58,857 nt of DNA. Origin: Methanothrix sp. (GTDB lineage Archaea; Halobacteriota; Methanosarcinia; Methanotrichales; Methanotrichaceae). A model generated the notes under the pieces. It saw nothing but the letters and a program-made list of their open reading frames with translations, was not told where the DNA came from and ran no database searches. How positions within the stretch are numbered: position 1 is the stretch's first letter; the number at the start of each line of letters is the position of its first letter. Shown piece by piece: positions 40,300 to 50,779 of the stretch. Both the position numbers and the translations under genes were made by a program. Location of the stretch: assembly GCA_020844795.1 (NCBI GenBank), contig CP086218.1:788622-847478 (forward strand), written 5' to 3'.

Positions 40300-41190
40300 C
40301 TATAGGTAGAGCATCCTCTCTATCGACCTCCTCGCGAGCCTCGCCGTCTCCTCGGCCACCACCACCCTCGGCTCCAGGGTCATGAGGGCCCGAAGGACCC
40401 TCTCAGGGGTCGTCTTCTTCATGTTGGTGCAGATCGCCCCCTCCCCCAAAGGATAGAACCGCTTGCCGGGGTTCTCCTTCTCGAGCCTGTAGATCATCCC
40501 CGCCTCCGTTCCTATGACGAACTCCTCCGCCCCGCTGGCCTTCGCCCGCCTCCCCATCCCGGAGGTGCTGCAGATGCGGTCTGCTAGGTCGATGACCTCG
40601 GGCCTGCACTCCGGATGGACCAGAACCTCCGCCCAGGGGTGCGCGAGCATCGCCGCCTTCACCTCTTCGGGGGTGAACCGATCGTGAACGTAGCAGTAAC
40701 CGTTCCACTTGATGATCTTCTTCTCCGTCCATCTGGAGACGTAGTCTGCGAGGTTGCGATCCGGGACGAAGATCACCTCCTCCTCCTCCAGGGAGGCTAC
40801 CACCTCCACCCCGTTGGCCGAGGTGCAGCAGATGTCGGACTCCGCCTTCGTCTCGGCGGTGGAGTTGACGTAGCAGACGACGGCCGCCTCCGGATAAGCA
40901 GACCTCAGATCCCTCAGATCCTCGGCGGAGATCATGGAGGCCATGGGGCACCACGCCTCCGCCGCCGGGAGTACCACCCTCTTATCGGGGGAGAGGATCG
41001 CCGCCGTCTCCGCCATGAAATCGACGCCGCAAAATATTATTACCCGGCAGTCCAGCCTCGCCGCAGCCCTGGAGAGCTCCAGGGAATCTCCCACCAGGTC
41101 TGCCAGATCCTGGACCGGGCCGGGCTGATAGTTGTGAGCGAGGATTACGGCCCCGAGATCCTCCTTCAACCGGGATATCTCTTCCATCAT
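40300..41190 (-). CDS. nadA: Quinolinate synthase
   Basis: ILAHNYQ, GDSLEL, CGVDFMAE, YVNS, CYVH, HPEC and C.NMK motifs. Confidence 0.95.
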   Translation of the reverse strand: MMEEISRLKEDLGAVILAHNYQPGPVQDLADLVGDSLELSRAAARLDCRVIIFCGVDFMAETAAILSPDKRVVLPAAEAWCPMASMISAEDLRDLRSAYPEAAVVCYVNSTAETKAESDICCTSANGVEVVASLEEEEVIFVPDRNLADYVSRWTEKKIIKWNGYCYVHDRFTPEEVKAAMLAHPWAEVLVHPECRPEVIDLADRICSTSGMGRRAKASGAEEFVIGTEAGMIYRLEKENPGKRFYPLGEGAICTNMKKTTPERVLRALMTLEPRVVVAEETARLARRSIERMLYL

Positions 41191-41219
41191 GAGGTCGAAG
41201 AACGGTTGCGACGGCTATA

Positions 41220-41231
41220 TAACAATTGTTA
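41220..41231. promoter_or_regulatory. Operator TAACAATTGTTA upstream of nadA
   Basis: Perfect palindrome overlapping a TATA-like element about 30 nt before the start codon. Confidence 0.78.
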
Positions 41232-41235
41232 TTAC

Positions 41236-42051
41236 TCATACCCCCAGGGTCAACCTGATGGTATTTCTCAGGGCCGGGGCGAGCCCCAGCGTTAGGAGGG
41301 CGAGGAGGGTCAGGTTTCGGAGGGATGGGTCATCCCGCAGGCCGCCGTCGATGAGGGCCAGGACGGGGATGATGATCAGAAGCTTCAGGGGGAACATCAC
41401 CAGGGCCGTCCCTGAAAGGTCGATCAAGAAGTTTGGCAGAACGTGCTTTTCGTGGTATCCGAACCAGTCCACCCCGACGTAGGTGGAGGCGGCGTCCATC
41501 ATGTGGGCCCAGAGGATGGAGAGGTTGAGCCGATAAGATAGTAGGAGGAAGTTAAGCCTGCGGCCGACGACCCAAACCGCCAGGGCGGCCGCTGATCCCA
41601 CCATGATAATGGCGGCCGGTATCACCAGGCTCCCGCCTCCCTGAGTGGCCAGAAGGATGAGGTTCGCCCCGGTCCAGCAGAGGCCGATGGCGGCATAGCC
41701 AAAAAGGTACCTCTCCTTCACCGCCATCTTGAAGAAGATGAGAGCTGAAAGGGCTACCGCCGCCACCAGGAAGTATATCAGGGGCGTTATGAGCAGATAC
41801 TTCAGCGGGACCGCCAGGAGGTCGGCGTCCTCGACGACCCGCAGGCTCGAGCCCGCCAGAATGTAGGGGACGGTGGATAGGACGAAGGGCTCGTCGATCC
41901 TGATATCGAGCCGCCGGATGAGCCTCATGACCCCAATCAGCATCATCCCCAGGACTAGGGCCCAGGTGACGGTGTTCACCGGGTTGTAGCCGGTGTCGTA
42001 GACGATGGGGTCTATGTAGTATTCGTATATCCAGGGGTGCAAACGGCCCAT
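41236..42051 (-). CDS. DUF63 family membrane protein
   Basis: GYNPVNT, LRVVEDA, TPLIY, HMMDA.ST and Y.EKHVL motifs. Confidence 0.85.
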   Translation of the reverse strand: MGRLHPWIYEYYIDPIVYDTGYNPVNTVTWALVLGMMLIGVMRLIRRLDIRIDEPFVLSTVPYILAGSSLRVVEDADLLAVPLKYLLITPLIYFLVAAVALSALIFFKMAVKERYLFGYAAIGLCWTGANLILLATQGGGSLVIPAAIIMVGSAAALAVWVVGRRLNFLLLSYRLNLSILWAHMMDAASTYVGVDWFGYHEKHVLPNFLIDLSGTALVMFPLKLLIIIPVLALIDGGLRDDPSLRNLTLLALLTLGLAPALRNTIRLTLGV

Positions 42052-42273
42052 CTCCTCTCCGCCATCTCATCGATCTTGAGATGGCCGGATCTGGTGGCGT
42101 CATCGTATTTAAGGATCTTTCCGCGGGTTTTGACGGAAGGGGTGGGGGAGAGAGGTCTGTCGTCTCCTGCAGCCCCTTCTACTCTTCGGGGAGGAGAAAG
42201 GCGCGGAAGATTTATATAGTGATGGTGGTGAAGAGAACTCGTCCGTTTTCTGATTTTAATCCGAGGTATTTAG

Positions 42274-42897
42274 ATGGTCGAGGTGTTCAAAGGCACAACT
42301 ACGGTGGGGATCGTCTGCAAAGATGGTGTCGTCCTGGCTTCGGAGAGCAGGGCGACGATGGGCAACTTCATAGCCAGCTCCACTGCAAAGAAGATATACC
42401 AGATCGCCGACCGCGTCGGCTTGACCACCGCCGGCGTGGTGGGGGACGCTCAGTCCATCGTCAGGATGATCCAGGTGGAGTCGAAGCTCTATAATATGCA
42501 GAGAGGCGAGCCGATGACGGTCCGGGGGACGACGTCTCTCCTCTCCAACGTCCTAGCTTCTAGGCGATACTTCCCCTTCATGGTACAGCTCCTCCTGGGG
42601 GGCGTCGACAAGAAGGGGGCCCAGATCTTCTCCCTCGACGCCCTGGGGGGGCAGATCGAGGAGCAGAAGGTGGTGGCCACGGGGTCCGGCTCCCCGACCG
42701 CATACGGCGTCCTGGAGGCGCTTTATGACCCGGAGATGACGATAGAGGAGGGGTCGACGCTCGCCGTGAGGGCTATCCACAACGCCATGAAGAGAGATTC
42801 AGCCTCTGGCGACGTAATTCAGCTGGTCAAGATCACCGCCGAGAAGTATGAGGTGGTAGATGAATCTGTTGTGGAGAAGATCCGGCAGACCCTCTAA
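42274..42897 (+). CDS. psmB: Proteasome subunit beta
   Basis: KG/TTTVG propeptide junction, GSGS and RDSASG motifs. Confidence 0.96.
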   Translation: MVEVFKGTTTVGIVCKDGVVLASESRATMGNFIASSTAKKIYQIADRVGLTTAGVVGDAQSIVRMIQVESKLYNMQRGEPMTVRGTTSLLSNVLASRRYFPFMVQLLLGGVDKKGAQIFSLDALGGQIEEQKVVATGSGSPTAYGVLEALYDPEMTIEEGSTLAVRAIHNAMKRDSASGDVIQLVKITAEKYEVVDESVVEKIRQTL

Positions 42898-42927
42898 CTA
42901 AATAAACTTTTTTTTGGATGTGTTTCA

Positions 42928-44835
42928 TTGTCTGTTGAGGAAGTCCTACTTGAGCTTAAGCGGAGAGTGCAGAGCAAGCTCCCTCCGAATATAAACGTCA
43001 CCGGCATCGAATTCGAAGGGCCTGAACTGGTGGTATACACCGACGACCCCCGAAGGCTGGCAGATGATGGAGAGATCGTCCGCTCCCTCGCAAAAGATTT
43101 GAGAAAGAGGGTGGTGGTGAGGCCTGACCTGAAGGTCCTCGCCGACCCCGAAGGAGCAGTTAAGAAGATCCAGCAGGTAGTTCCCCCCGAGGCGGGGCTC
43201 AGCAACTATTACTTCGACGGCGAGACCGGAGAGGTGGTGATCGAGGCAGAGAAGCCCGGCCTGGTCATAGGAAGGCACGGAGCCACCTTAAGGGAGATAA
43301 CAAAGCTCATCGGCTGGACCCCAAAGGTGGTGAGGACGCCGCCGGTGAGGTCTTCCACCATCGCCAACACCAAAGATTACCTAAGGTCGGTCCAGTCGGA
43401 GAGAAAGGAGATCCTGAAGACGATAGGAAAGAGGATCCACAGGGACGTCGCCTCGAAGGACCAGTGGGTGAGGATATCCACCTTGGGCGGGTGCCGGGAG
43501 GTGGGAAGAAGCTGCATGCTCCTATCGACCCCTGAGTCGAAGATCATAGTAGACTGCGGCGTCAACGTCGGCTCCGACGACAGCGCCACCCCCTACCTCT
43601 ACATCCCCGAGGTCTACCCGCTGAACCAGATCGACGCCGTGGTCCTCACCCACGCCCACCTCGACCACGCCGGCCTCGTTCCGATGCTATATAAGTACGG
43701 ATATGAGGGGCCGATATACTGCACCCAGCCGACGAGAGACCTCTTCGTCCTCCTCCAGCTCGACTACATAGACGTCGCCGGAAGAGAGGGGAAGAGGACC
43801 CCCTACGATTCGGCGATGATCAGGGAGGCTCTGAAGCACACCATAACCCTGAACTACGGCGACGTCACCGACATCGCCCCGGATACGAAGCTGACGATGC
43901 ACAATGCAGGCCACATCCTGGGGTCTGCCATCTGCCACTTCCACGTCGGAGACGGCCTCTACAACGTCGCCTTCACTGGAGACTTCAAGTTCGAGAAGAC
44001 GAGGCTCTTCGACCCCGCCGTCCACACCTTCCCGAGACTGGAGACCCTGGTGATGGAGGCGACCTATGGGGGGTCGTCGAGCACCCAGCCCTCCCGGAAA
44101 GAGGCCGAGGTGAGGCTCCTCAAGGTGGTCCGGGATACGATAAGGCGTGGAGGTAAGGTGATCATCCCTGCCTTTGCCGTCGGAAGGAGCCAGGAGGTGA
44201 TGATCGCCCTGGAGGAGGCGATAAGGAAGAAGTCCCTGGAGGAGATCAGCGTCTACCTCGACGGGATGATCTACGAGGCTACGGCGATCCATACATCCTA
44301 CCCCGAGTACCTGAACAATGAACTGCGGGACCTCATATTCCACAAGGGGATCAACCCCTTCCTCTCGGAATGCTTCGTCCAGGTCGAGGGCGCAAGCAAG
44401 AGGGCGGGGATCATGGACGGCGACCCCTGCGTCATCCTGGCGACGAGCGGCATGATGAACGGCGGCCCGATCCTTGAGTACCTGAAGGGTCTGGGCCCCG
44501 GTGAGAAGAACACCCTCGTTATCGTCGGATATCAGGCCGAGGGGACCCTCGGCCGGAGGATCCAGAAGGGCTGGAACGAGGTCCCCCTCTCCTCCGAGGG
44601 GAAGACCCAGACCGTCAAGATCAACCTGGAGGTGGTGACCGTCGACGGCTTCTCCGGCCACTCGGACCGAAACCAGCTGATGGACTACGTCAGGAGGGTC
44701 TACCCCAAGCCCTCCAGGGTGATCACAAACCACGGCGACGAGAGCAACTGCCTCGACCTCGCCAGCTCCATCTACAAGAAGCAGCGGATTCCGACGATGG
44801 CCCCCATGAACCTGGAGACGGTGAGGCTGATCTGA
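42928..44835 (+). CDS. Beta-CASP ribonuclease aCPSF1 (FttA) with KH domains
   Basis: [35 protein letters not shown] and GFSGHSD motifs; conserved synteny with psmB. Confidence 0.95.
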   Translation: MSVEEVLLELKRRVQSKLPPNINVTGIEFEGPELVVYTDDPRRLADDGEIVRSLAKDLRKRVVVRPDLKVLADPEGAVKKIQQVVPPEAGLSNYYFDGETGEVVIEAEKPGLVIGRHGATLREITKLIGWTPKVVRTPPVRSSTIANTKDYLRSVQSERKEILKTIGKRIHRDVASKDQWVRISTLGGCREVGRSCMLLSTPESKIIVDCGVNVGSDDSATPYLYIPEVYPLNQIDAVVLTHAHLDHAGLVPMLYKYGYEGPIYCTQPTRDLFVLLQLDYIDVAGREGKRTPYDSAMIREALKHTITLNYGDVTDIAPDTKLTMHNAGHILGSAICHFHVGDGLYNVAFTGDFKFEKTRLFDPAVHTFPRLETLVMEATYGGSSSTQPSRKEAEVRLLKVVRDTIRRGGKVIIPAFAVGRSQEVMIALEEAIRKKSLEEISVYLDGMIYEATAIHTSYPEYLNNELRDLIFHKGINPFLSECFVQVEGASKRAGIMDGDPCVILATSGMMNGGPILEYLKGLGPGEKNTLVIVGYQAEGTLGRRIQKGWNEVPLSSEGKTQTVKINLEVVTVDGFSGHSDRNQLMDYVRRVYPKPSRVITNHGDESNCLDLASSIYKKQRIPTMAPMNLETVRLI

Positions 44836-45042
44836 CCCCGTCGATATCCATGAGATCGCAGAGACGCTTCATACGAGAAAGGAGGGGAGAAGGGCGGCGA
44901 TGGGACTCCCGTCGCCTCTCTGCCCTCGATCTTACAGCACCAAGGTGTACCAGATCTCCTTTCATCCCCTCTCAGGGCTTGGACGGGTTCTTCAAAAGAT
45001 TTATCAAATTTGAGCGTCAATTGGCCGGTGAGGTTTAGCGCG

Positions 45043-45558
45043 ATGGGAAAGAGAACCCGGATCATCAACGATCCATCAGATCTTGTTCCTCTGCTCCTGG
45101 CTTTCGGTTCGGAAGTTCACAAACGGGTCTTCGAAGAGCTCAGCTCCGAATGGCGTACGGAGACGGAGCTCTCCAGGCTTCTAGGCGACGAAAAGGGGGT
45201 TCATAGGAGCCTGGAGCTTCTGAAGACGAGCGGGCTCGTCGAGACCAAGTGGAAGATGCCAAACCCCGGAGAGAGCCCGGAGAAGGAGTACCATTCCAGC
45301 TATTCCAGGATCCAGGCGAACTTCGTATGCACCCTGGAGGATCTCAGCGAGCTGATATACCTGACATCCATGTCTGATGATGAGCTCCGGGAGACGACAG
45401 AGAAGATCGAGGAGATCGTCGCCAAGGGTAACACCTCTCTCTCCAACCTCTCTCGAGAGCTCGACCTCAGCCAGGCCTTCATAAGAGGCGCTGCCAAAAG
45501 GGCGGAGAGGCTCGCCGTCAGAGGACAGAGGATAGAGCTCTCCAAGGAAGAGGTTTAG
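45043..45558 (+). CDS. ArsR-like winged-helix protein
   Basis: Start MGKRTRIINDP; L.LLK..GLVE.KW.MP..G..PEKEY motif. Confidence 0.7.
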   Translation: MGKRTRIINDPSDLVPLLLAFGSEVHKRVFEELSSEWRTETELSRLLGDEKGVHRSLELLKTSGLVETKWKMPNPGESPEKEYHSSYSRIQANFVCTLEDLSELIYLTSMSDDELRETTEKIEEIVAKGNTSLSNLSRELDLSQAFIRGAAKRAERLAVRGQRIELSKEEV

Positions 45559-45561
45559 AAG

Positions 45562-46350
45562 ATGGTCGACGTTTTACAGAGTAAGAGGGAGAGTTCCCGG
45601 TTCCAGATCCTGGTGGAGATCGCCGCAAACCAACCGAACGTCCGGCAGAAAGAGGTGGCAGAGAAGCTCGGCGTCACCCCCCAGGCGATCTCAGAGTACA
45701 TCAAGGACCTGGTGGCCGACGGGCTTGTGATATCCGACGGGAGGATGAGGTACAGGATCACAAAAGAGGGGGTCGAGATGCTCCTGGAGTCCGCCGCCGA
45801 GCTGAAACGGTACGCACGGTTCGTCATGGAGGAGATCATAAGCCACGTCTCGGTCTGGGGGGCCATCGCCGAGGAGGACCTCCAGGAGGGAGAGACGGTC
45901 TCACTGGAGATGAGGGGCGGCCTCCTTTACGTCGGCAGAAAGCAAGGAGATGGAGCGACCGGCGTCACCATTTCCGACTCCAGGGCCGGCGAAGACGTGG
46001 GGATATCAAACCTCAAAGGGCTCATCAGCCTCAAGGAGGGGACTATCACCGTCTGCAAAGTTCCCAGGGTCCAGATGGGAGGATCGAGGAGCGTGGACCT
46101 CGCCGCCCTGAGAGAGACCCTCGGAGAGGGTAAGATGGTAGGGGCCCTGGGGATAGAGCCCCTCGTCGCCCTCAGGAAGATCGGCCGGGAGCCGGATGTC
46201 TTCTTCGGGGCGAAGGAGTCGGCGGTGGAGTCGGCCTTCCACGGCGTCTCTTCGGTCATCGTCTGCGTCGACGAACAGGTCCCAAACCTGATGGGAAGGC
46301 TCGAGGCCGAGGGGCTTAAGTACGAGCTCGTCGACCTCTCGACCTCCTGA
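45562..46350 (+). CDS. Winged-helix transcriptional regulator (COG1497-like)
   Basis: FQILVEIA..QP.VRQKEVA..LGVTPQAISEY motif. Confidence 0.8.
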   Translation: MVDVLQSKRESSRFQILVEIAANQPNVRQKEVAEKLGVTPQAISEYIKDLVADGLVISDGRMRYRITKEGVEMLLESAAELKRYARFVMEEIISHVSVWGAIAEEDLQEGETVSLEMRGGLLYVGRKQGDGATGVTISDSRAGEDVGISNLKGLISLKEGTITVCKVPRVQMGGSRSVDLAALRETLGEGKMVGALGIEPLVALRKIGREPDVFFGAKESAVESAFHGVSSVIVCVDEQVPNLMGRLEAEGLKYELVDLSTS

Positions 46351-46360
46351 CCGGGTCGAG

Positions 46361-48799
46361 ATGCCGATCCATGTTCTAGCGAGGGCGGAGAAGGGCAGGG
46401 TCCTCATCCTCCCCCTCCGGGGGGCTGAGACGCTCTTCGAAGGGCATCTCCGCCTCCAGGAGACGCCAAAAGGCCCCCGCCCCAAGAAGTTCCTCATCAA
46501 CAAAGACGGGGACGAGAGGTACCTCCAGCCCGAGGATCTGGTGAGGCTCCTGCGGAAGGCGTCCGCCATCTACGTTGCCAGGGGCGAACCCGTCAGCGAA
46601 GGGCAGTTCATCGAGTTTCTCGAAGGCTACCAGCTCCCTCACCGTAAGGTCTCGATATGCCAGCTCTGTCTCTCCGAGAAGAGGAAGTTCACCCCCCTGG
46701 ACGGAAAGGCGATCCGCTTCAAGGGAGGGCTGATCTGCGAGAGGTGCGCCGCCGAGGAGCTGCAGAGGGAGGCGGATTTCAGGCACCTGGGTCGGGCGGC
46801 GAAGCTCCACCTGGCCAGGACGCTCCTAAAGAGGAGAAACCTCGACGACGTCCTCGCCCTCCTCTCCCTGGAGAGGCTCGACTCTGACCTGACTAAGTTC
46901 GACGAGATCCCGGCGGCCAAAGAGGAGTACCCTATGGCCGTCGATGCCCTCGACCTACCGCCGGATCTGAAGGCGTCTCTATTGAACCGGACGGAGAGCC
47001 TCCTCCCCGTCCAGGCCAAGGCCGTCAGGGGGGGGCTGCTGGAGGGAAAGAACCTCCTGGTGGTATCGTCCACCGCCACCGGCAAGAGCCTCGTGGGAGA
47101 GATGGCCGGGATCAAAAACTTCCTTTTGGGCAAGGGCAAGCTCCTCTTCCTCGTCCCCCTGGTGGCCCTGGCGAACCAGAAGTACGACCAGCTATCCTTA
47201 TATCGGGATCTGGGAGCCAAGACCTCCATCAGGGTTGGAGTGAGCAGAATCAAGCTCGGCAAGGGAAAGAGGATGAACCAGGATCTGAACTCAGAGATCA
47301 TCGTCGGAACCTACGAGGGGATAGACCAGATCCTCAGGACGGGAAGGGACCTGGGGAAGGTGGGGACGGTGGTCATCGACGAGGTCCACATGCTCGAGGA
47401 GAAGGAGCGGGGCCACAGGCTCTCGGGGCTGATCGGAAGGCTCCGGTTCTCGTACCCGCAAGCCCAGTTCATCTACCTCTCGGCGACGGTGGGAAACCCC
47501 TCCACCCTTGCAGAGCAGCTGGGGACCGACCTCATCGACTACCAGGTGAGGCCGGTTCCGATAGAACGCCACCTGATCTTCGCCGAACCCCGGGAGAAGA
47601 AGGGGCTATTGAGGAGGCTGGTGAAGGAGGCGGCCGCGAAGACCTCCACCACCGGGTATCGGGGGCAGACGATCATCTTCACCAACTCACGTAAGAACTG
47701 CAACAGCCTCGCCATGGCCATACCCAACTCCGCCGCCTACCACGCCGGGATGCAGTACGACCAGAGGAGGAAGGTGGAGCTCCTCTTCGGGCGGGCCGAT
47801 ATAGATGCCGTGGTGACCACCGCCGCCCTGGCCGCAGGCGTCGACTTTCCCGCCTCCCAGGTGATCTTCGACTCCCTTGCCATGGGGATAGAGTGGCTGT
47901 CTGTCCACGAGTTCAACCAGATGCTGGGCAGGGCTGGAAGGCCCGGCTATCACGACCGCGGGATCGTCTACCTCCTCCCCGAGCCGGGGAAGAAGTACCA
48001 GGGAGGGAAGGGCGAATCTGAGGATGAGGTCGCCCTCCGCCTCCTCCGGGGGACGATGGAGGACGTCCTCCCCGAGTACGGAGAAGAAGAGCAGCAGGAG
48101 GAGGTCCTGGCCAACGCCGTGGTGGCGGGGTCTAAGGAAGACCTCATCCGGCTCCACAGGCTGACGATAGGCCTCGATGATTTGAGATCGAGCCTTTCGG
48201 CCCTGGAAGATGCAAATCTCGCCAAAGGGATCGTCCCGACCAGGATAGGGCGGGCTGCTGCTGCCCACTTCCTCACCCCCGGAGAGGTGGTGGTGATCAG
48301 AAGAGGGCTCGCCGATGATAAGGAGCCCCTGGAGGTGGCCGTCGACCTTGAGAAGTTTGAAGACCTCTACCTCAAGGCCGCAGAGAGGATCTCGACGACG
48401 CTGCGGATGCAGGTCTCCTCGAGGGCGCTCCACGGCTCTGTTATGGACCTCCTCAGCAGCGAGGATCTCACCAGACTCGACCCGAAGCTGAGAGAGGAGC
48501 TTTTGAACTTCGCCAAGGAGTTCACCCGATGCGGCTGCCCCGACACCCCCTACTGCGGCTGCCCCGAGAGGAAAGCATCCCTCAAGATCCTGGAGCTCCG
48601 GGCCGAAGGGATGAGCCCGAGCCGGATCATCCAGGAGTTCTCCAACAATTACGGCATATATGCGTATACCGGCGACCTGATCAACTACCTCGACTCCGTC
48701 GTCCGTCGTCTGGAGGCGATAGAAGAGATCGCCCGGGTCCTCGGCAAGAAAGAGACGGCGAAGGAGGCGAAGAGGCTCCGGGAGAAGATCGAGGGCTGA
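46361..48799 (+). CDS. Archaea-specific SF2 DEAD/DEAH helicase (ASH-Ski2/COG1202-like)
   Basis: N-terminal zinc finger, TATGKS, DEVH, SAT, YHAG, QMLGRAGR and C-terminal C.C...PYCGC. Confidence 0.9.
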   Translation: MPIHVLARAEKGRVLILPLRGAETLFEGHLRLQETPKGPRPKKFLINKDGDERYLQPEDLVRLLRKASAIYVARGEPVSEGQFIEFLEGYQLPHRKVSICQLCLSEKRKFTPLDGKAIRFKGGLICERCAAEELQREADFRHLGRAAKLHLARTLLKRRNLDDVLALLSLERLDSDLTKFDEIPAAKEEYPMAVDALDLPPDLKASLLNRTESLLPVQAKAVRGGLLEGKNLLVVSSTATGKSLVGEMAGIKNFLLGKGKLLFLVPLVALANQKYDQLSLYRDLGAKTSIRVGVSRIKLGKGKRMNQDLNSEIIVGTYEGIDQILRTGRDLGKVGTVVIDEVHMLEEKERGHRLSGLIGRLRFSYPQAQFIYLSATVGNPSTLAEQLGTDLIDYQVRPVPIERHLIFAEPREKKGLLRRLVKEAAAKTSTTGYRGQTIIFTNSRKNCNSLAMAIPNSAAYHAGMQYDQRRKVELLFGRADIDAVVTTAALAAGVDFPASQVIFDSLAMGIEWLSVHEFNQMLGRAGRPGYHDRGIVYLLPEPGKKYQGGKGESEDEVALRLLRGTMEDVLPEYGEEEQQEEVLANAVVAGSKEDLIRLHRLTIGLDDLRSSLSALEDANLAKGIVPTRIGRAAAAHFLTPGEVVVIRRGLADDKEPLEVAVDLEKFEDLYLKAAERISTTLRMQVSSRALHGSVMDLLSSEDLTRLDPKLREELLNFAKEFTRCGCPDTPYCGCPERKASLKILELRAEGMSPSRIIQEFSNNYGIYAYTGDLINYLDSVVRRLEAIEEIARVLGKKETAKEAKRLREKIEG

Positions 48800-48814
48800 A
48801 CCGTCGACGAGGTC

Positions 48815-49600
48815 TCATTCCAGCCCCCTCCAGCTCCAGGAGAGAGATGCCGGCCTCCCCGGATCCCAGCGGGGTCCCGGACCCTCCGACCTCCCCTCCG
48901 ACCGGACCAAATCGCCGACCTGGGAGGTATGAGGACCTTGCACCCTTCCTCCGATCGGCGGAGGTTCCAGGAGGACGACGTAGCTTCCGGCGAGGGGGCC
49001 GGAGAGGATGACTAGATTTCCTACGCCGATGGCCGAGCCGTCATGGTCGCGGGAGTCGATGCTGATAGTCCCCCCCTTCTTCAGGCCCGGAGGTGGGGGC
49101 GCCGGGATCTCTCCCCATGCCGGCTCCAACAACTCCGCCTCCAGGGAGATCTTCTCCCCATCGACGGCTACCTTCAGGCCCTTGAGGATGTAGTGGGCTC
49201 GCCCCAGGCGGAGGTTTCCCCGATAGCCGTAGGCCCCATCATCGCCCCCCCGGATCTCCGCCCTGATCTCCCCCAGAGTCCTGTTCTCTTCCAGGAGCCT
49301 GCGGACCTGGGAGGGATCTATCCATCTCACCTTCTCCACCCGGAGCCTCAAGGGGAGGGTCTCGCCTCCGGGCCCCAGGGCGACGCCCCTCCCGGAGAGG
49401 AGGATGGATATGAGAGCCGGATCGTTTTCTTCGCAGCGTATCATCCCTCCTGATTCGCAGAAGGCCGTCCCCGGCGGCCTGCCCTGAGGGCCTTCCTCAT
49501 ATCCGCCCTCGAACTGCGGCGGGGATTCCGCCACCGCCCCAGCAAAGGTCAAGAGGAGGAGAGCCGCCGCTGCCACCAGAAACCTGCTGATCGTCCTCAT
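48815..49600 (-). CDS. Secreted hypothetical protein
   Basis: Signal peptide; translationally coupled to the upstream gene. Confidence 0.65.
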   Translation of the reverse strand: MRTISRFLVAAAALLLLTFAGAVAESPPQFEGGYEEGPQGRPPGTAFCESGGMIRCEENDPALISILLSGRGVALGPGGETLPLRLRVEKVRWIDPSQVRRLLEENRTLGEIRAEIRGGDDGAYGYRGNLRLGRAHYILKGLKVAVDGEKISLEAELLEPAWGEIPAPPPPGLKKGGTISIDSRDHDGSAIGVGNLVILSGPLAGSYVVLLEPPPIGGRVQGPHTSQVGDLVRSEGRSEGPGPRWDPGRPASLSWSWRGLE

Positions 49601-50634
49601 CTACCTCCCCCGGTGAGCCGGTCTGATAGCTCGATGACGTTCGTCCTCCCGCGCTCCTTCTTTGTAATGATATTTCTCCTTTCGAGGGAGATTATGATCC
49701 CCGTGAGAGAGGATTTGGGGATCCCCGTCTCGTACCTGATCTCCGCCTGGGTCATCTTCCCTTCGTGGTTCATCAGCGCCTCCAGGACCGACCTCTCCCT
49801 TCCTGTGAGGGTCTCCATCACCGCCGTCATCTCCGGAGATATCGGGTATCCGGGGACGGATCCTTCCGGGTGGGGTCGGTCGTCTATCTGGATCTGATCG
49901 ATTTCGACCTCATCAACCTGGATATCGCCCGCCTTCTGGATGGGGGGGCCGGACGTCGAAGGACCCTCGCGGGCTTGGGAGGAGGTTTCCGCGGCTGGAC
50001 CCCTGGATCTCGCCGCTGCGAAGACGGCGACCAGGGCGATGAGAAGAAGGAGGGCGCCGAAGAGGATTAGAGGGGCGGTGGTCCCGGCCGGCGCTTGAAA
50101 GCCCATCGGATCCGACGGCTCTGCCCTCCCGTTCTTCAACGGCTGCCGGTACCTCACGGCGGCGGTGGGGCTCGTTACGTCGTAGCCGTGAAACTCCACG
50201 ACAAAGGAGTCGCTGGACGATGAGACGAGGTAATCGAGACCGTCTGTTCCTGTAATATCGCTTATCTGGACGTTCTCCGACAGGTAAAACGTGACATGAT
50301 ACTCGGAGTAGCCGCCCGTAGCGGGGAGGCTGATCGTCCAGTCGTCCCCGTCCTTTGTGGTGAGGGAGTTGGTTACGGCGTAAAGCTGGAGGGCGTCTTC
50401 ATCGTACTGGTACTCGGAGCTCTTCAAAAAGGGCAGCCCCTCTATCCCCCTGGCGTATCCGGTCAAGAGGGCTTTTCCGGCATCGTCTGCGTAGATGTCG
50501 AGGACGAGGCTCCTCGAATCTCCGGCCTCGTCCCCGAGGGCCCAGGAGGCGGAGCTGAGGACGATGGCAGCATAGACCAGTATTCTCAACGCCGATCGGC
50601 CCTCCGATCGGCTCATGACATCTATATCCCTCAT
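49597..50634 (-). CDS. Membrane-anchored protein with C-terminal winged-helix domain (COG2512-like)
   Basis: Signal peptide, extracellular domain, TM helix, then LTGRE..VL..L...G.MTQAEI...TGIPKSSL...LERRNII....GRTN. Confidence 0.8.
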   Translation of the reverse strand: MRDIDVMSRSEGRSALRILVYAAIVLSSASWALGDEAGDSRSLVLDIYADDAGKALLTGYARGIEGLPFLKSSEYQYDEDALQLYAVTNSLTTKDGDDWTISLPATGGYSEYHVTFYLSENVQISDITGTDGLDYLVSSSSDSFVVEFHGYDVTSPTAAVRYRQPLKNGRAEPSDPMGFQAPAGTTAPLILFGALLLLIALVAVFAAARSRGPAAETSSQAREGPSTSGPPIQKAGDIQVDEVEIDQIQIDDRPHPEGSVPGYPISPEMTAVMETLTGRERSVLEALMNHEGKMTQAEIRYETGIPKSSLTGIIISLERRNIITKKERGRTNVIELSDRLTGGGR

Positions 50635-50779
50635 CTCTCCCCTTCTGGACGCCGGTTCTTCTCCGGGGTTTGATCTCGAATATATTTAAGATTTCGGCGC
50701 CCTGGGTTGGGCCGAATCCCCGCCCGATGAAGCCCCTCGATGAGACGTATGATTCATAAATGATAAAGTCCAACTCGAT

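Noticed and set aside
43687-44733. Long antisense and alternate-frame ORFs (also 51749-52843, 11152-11979, 21944-22762 and others)
   Set aside because: They are shadows of well-supported genes in GC-rich DNA, with no recognisable motifs.
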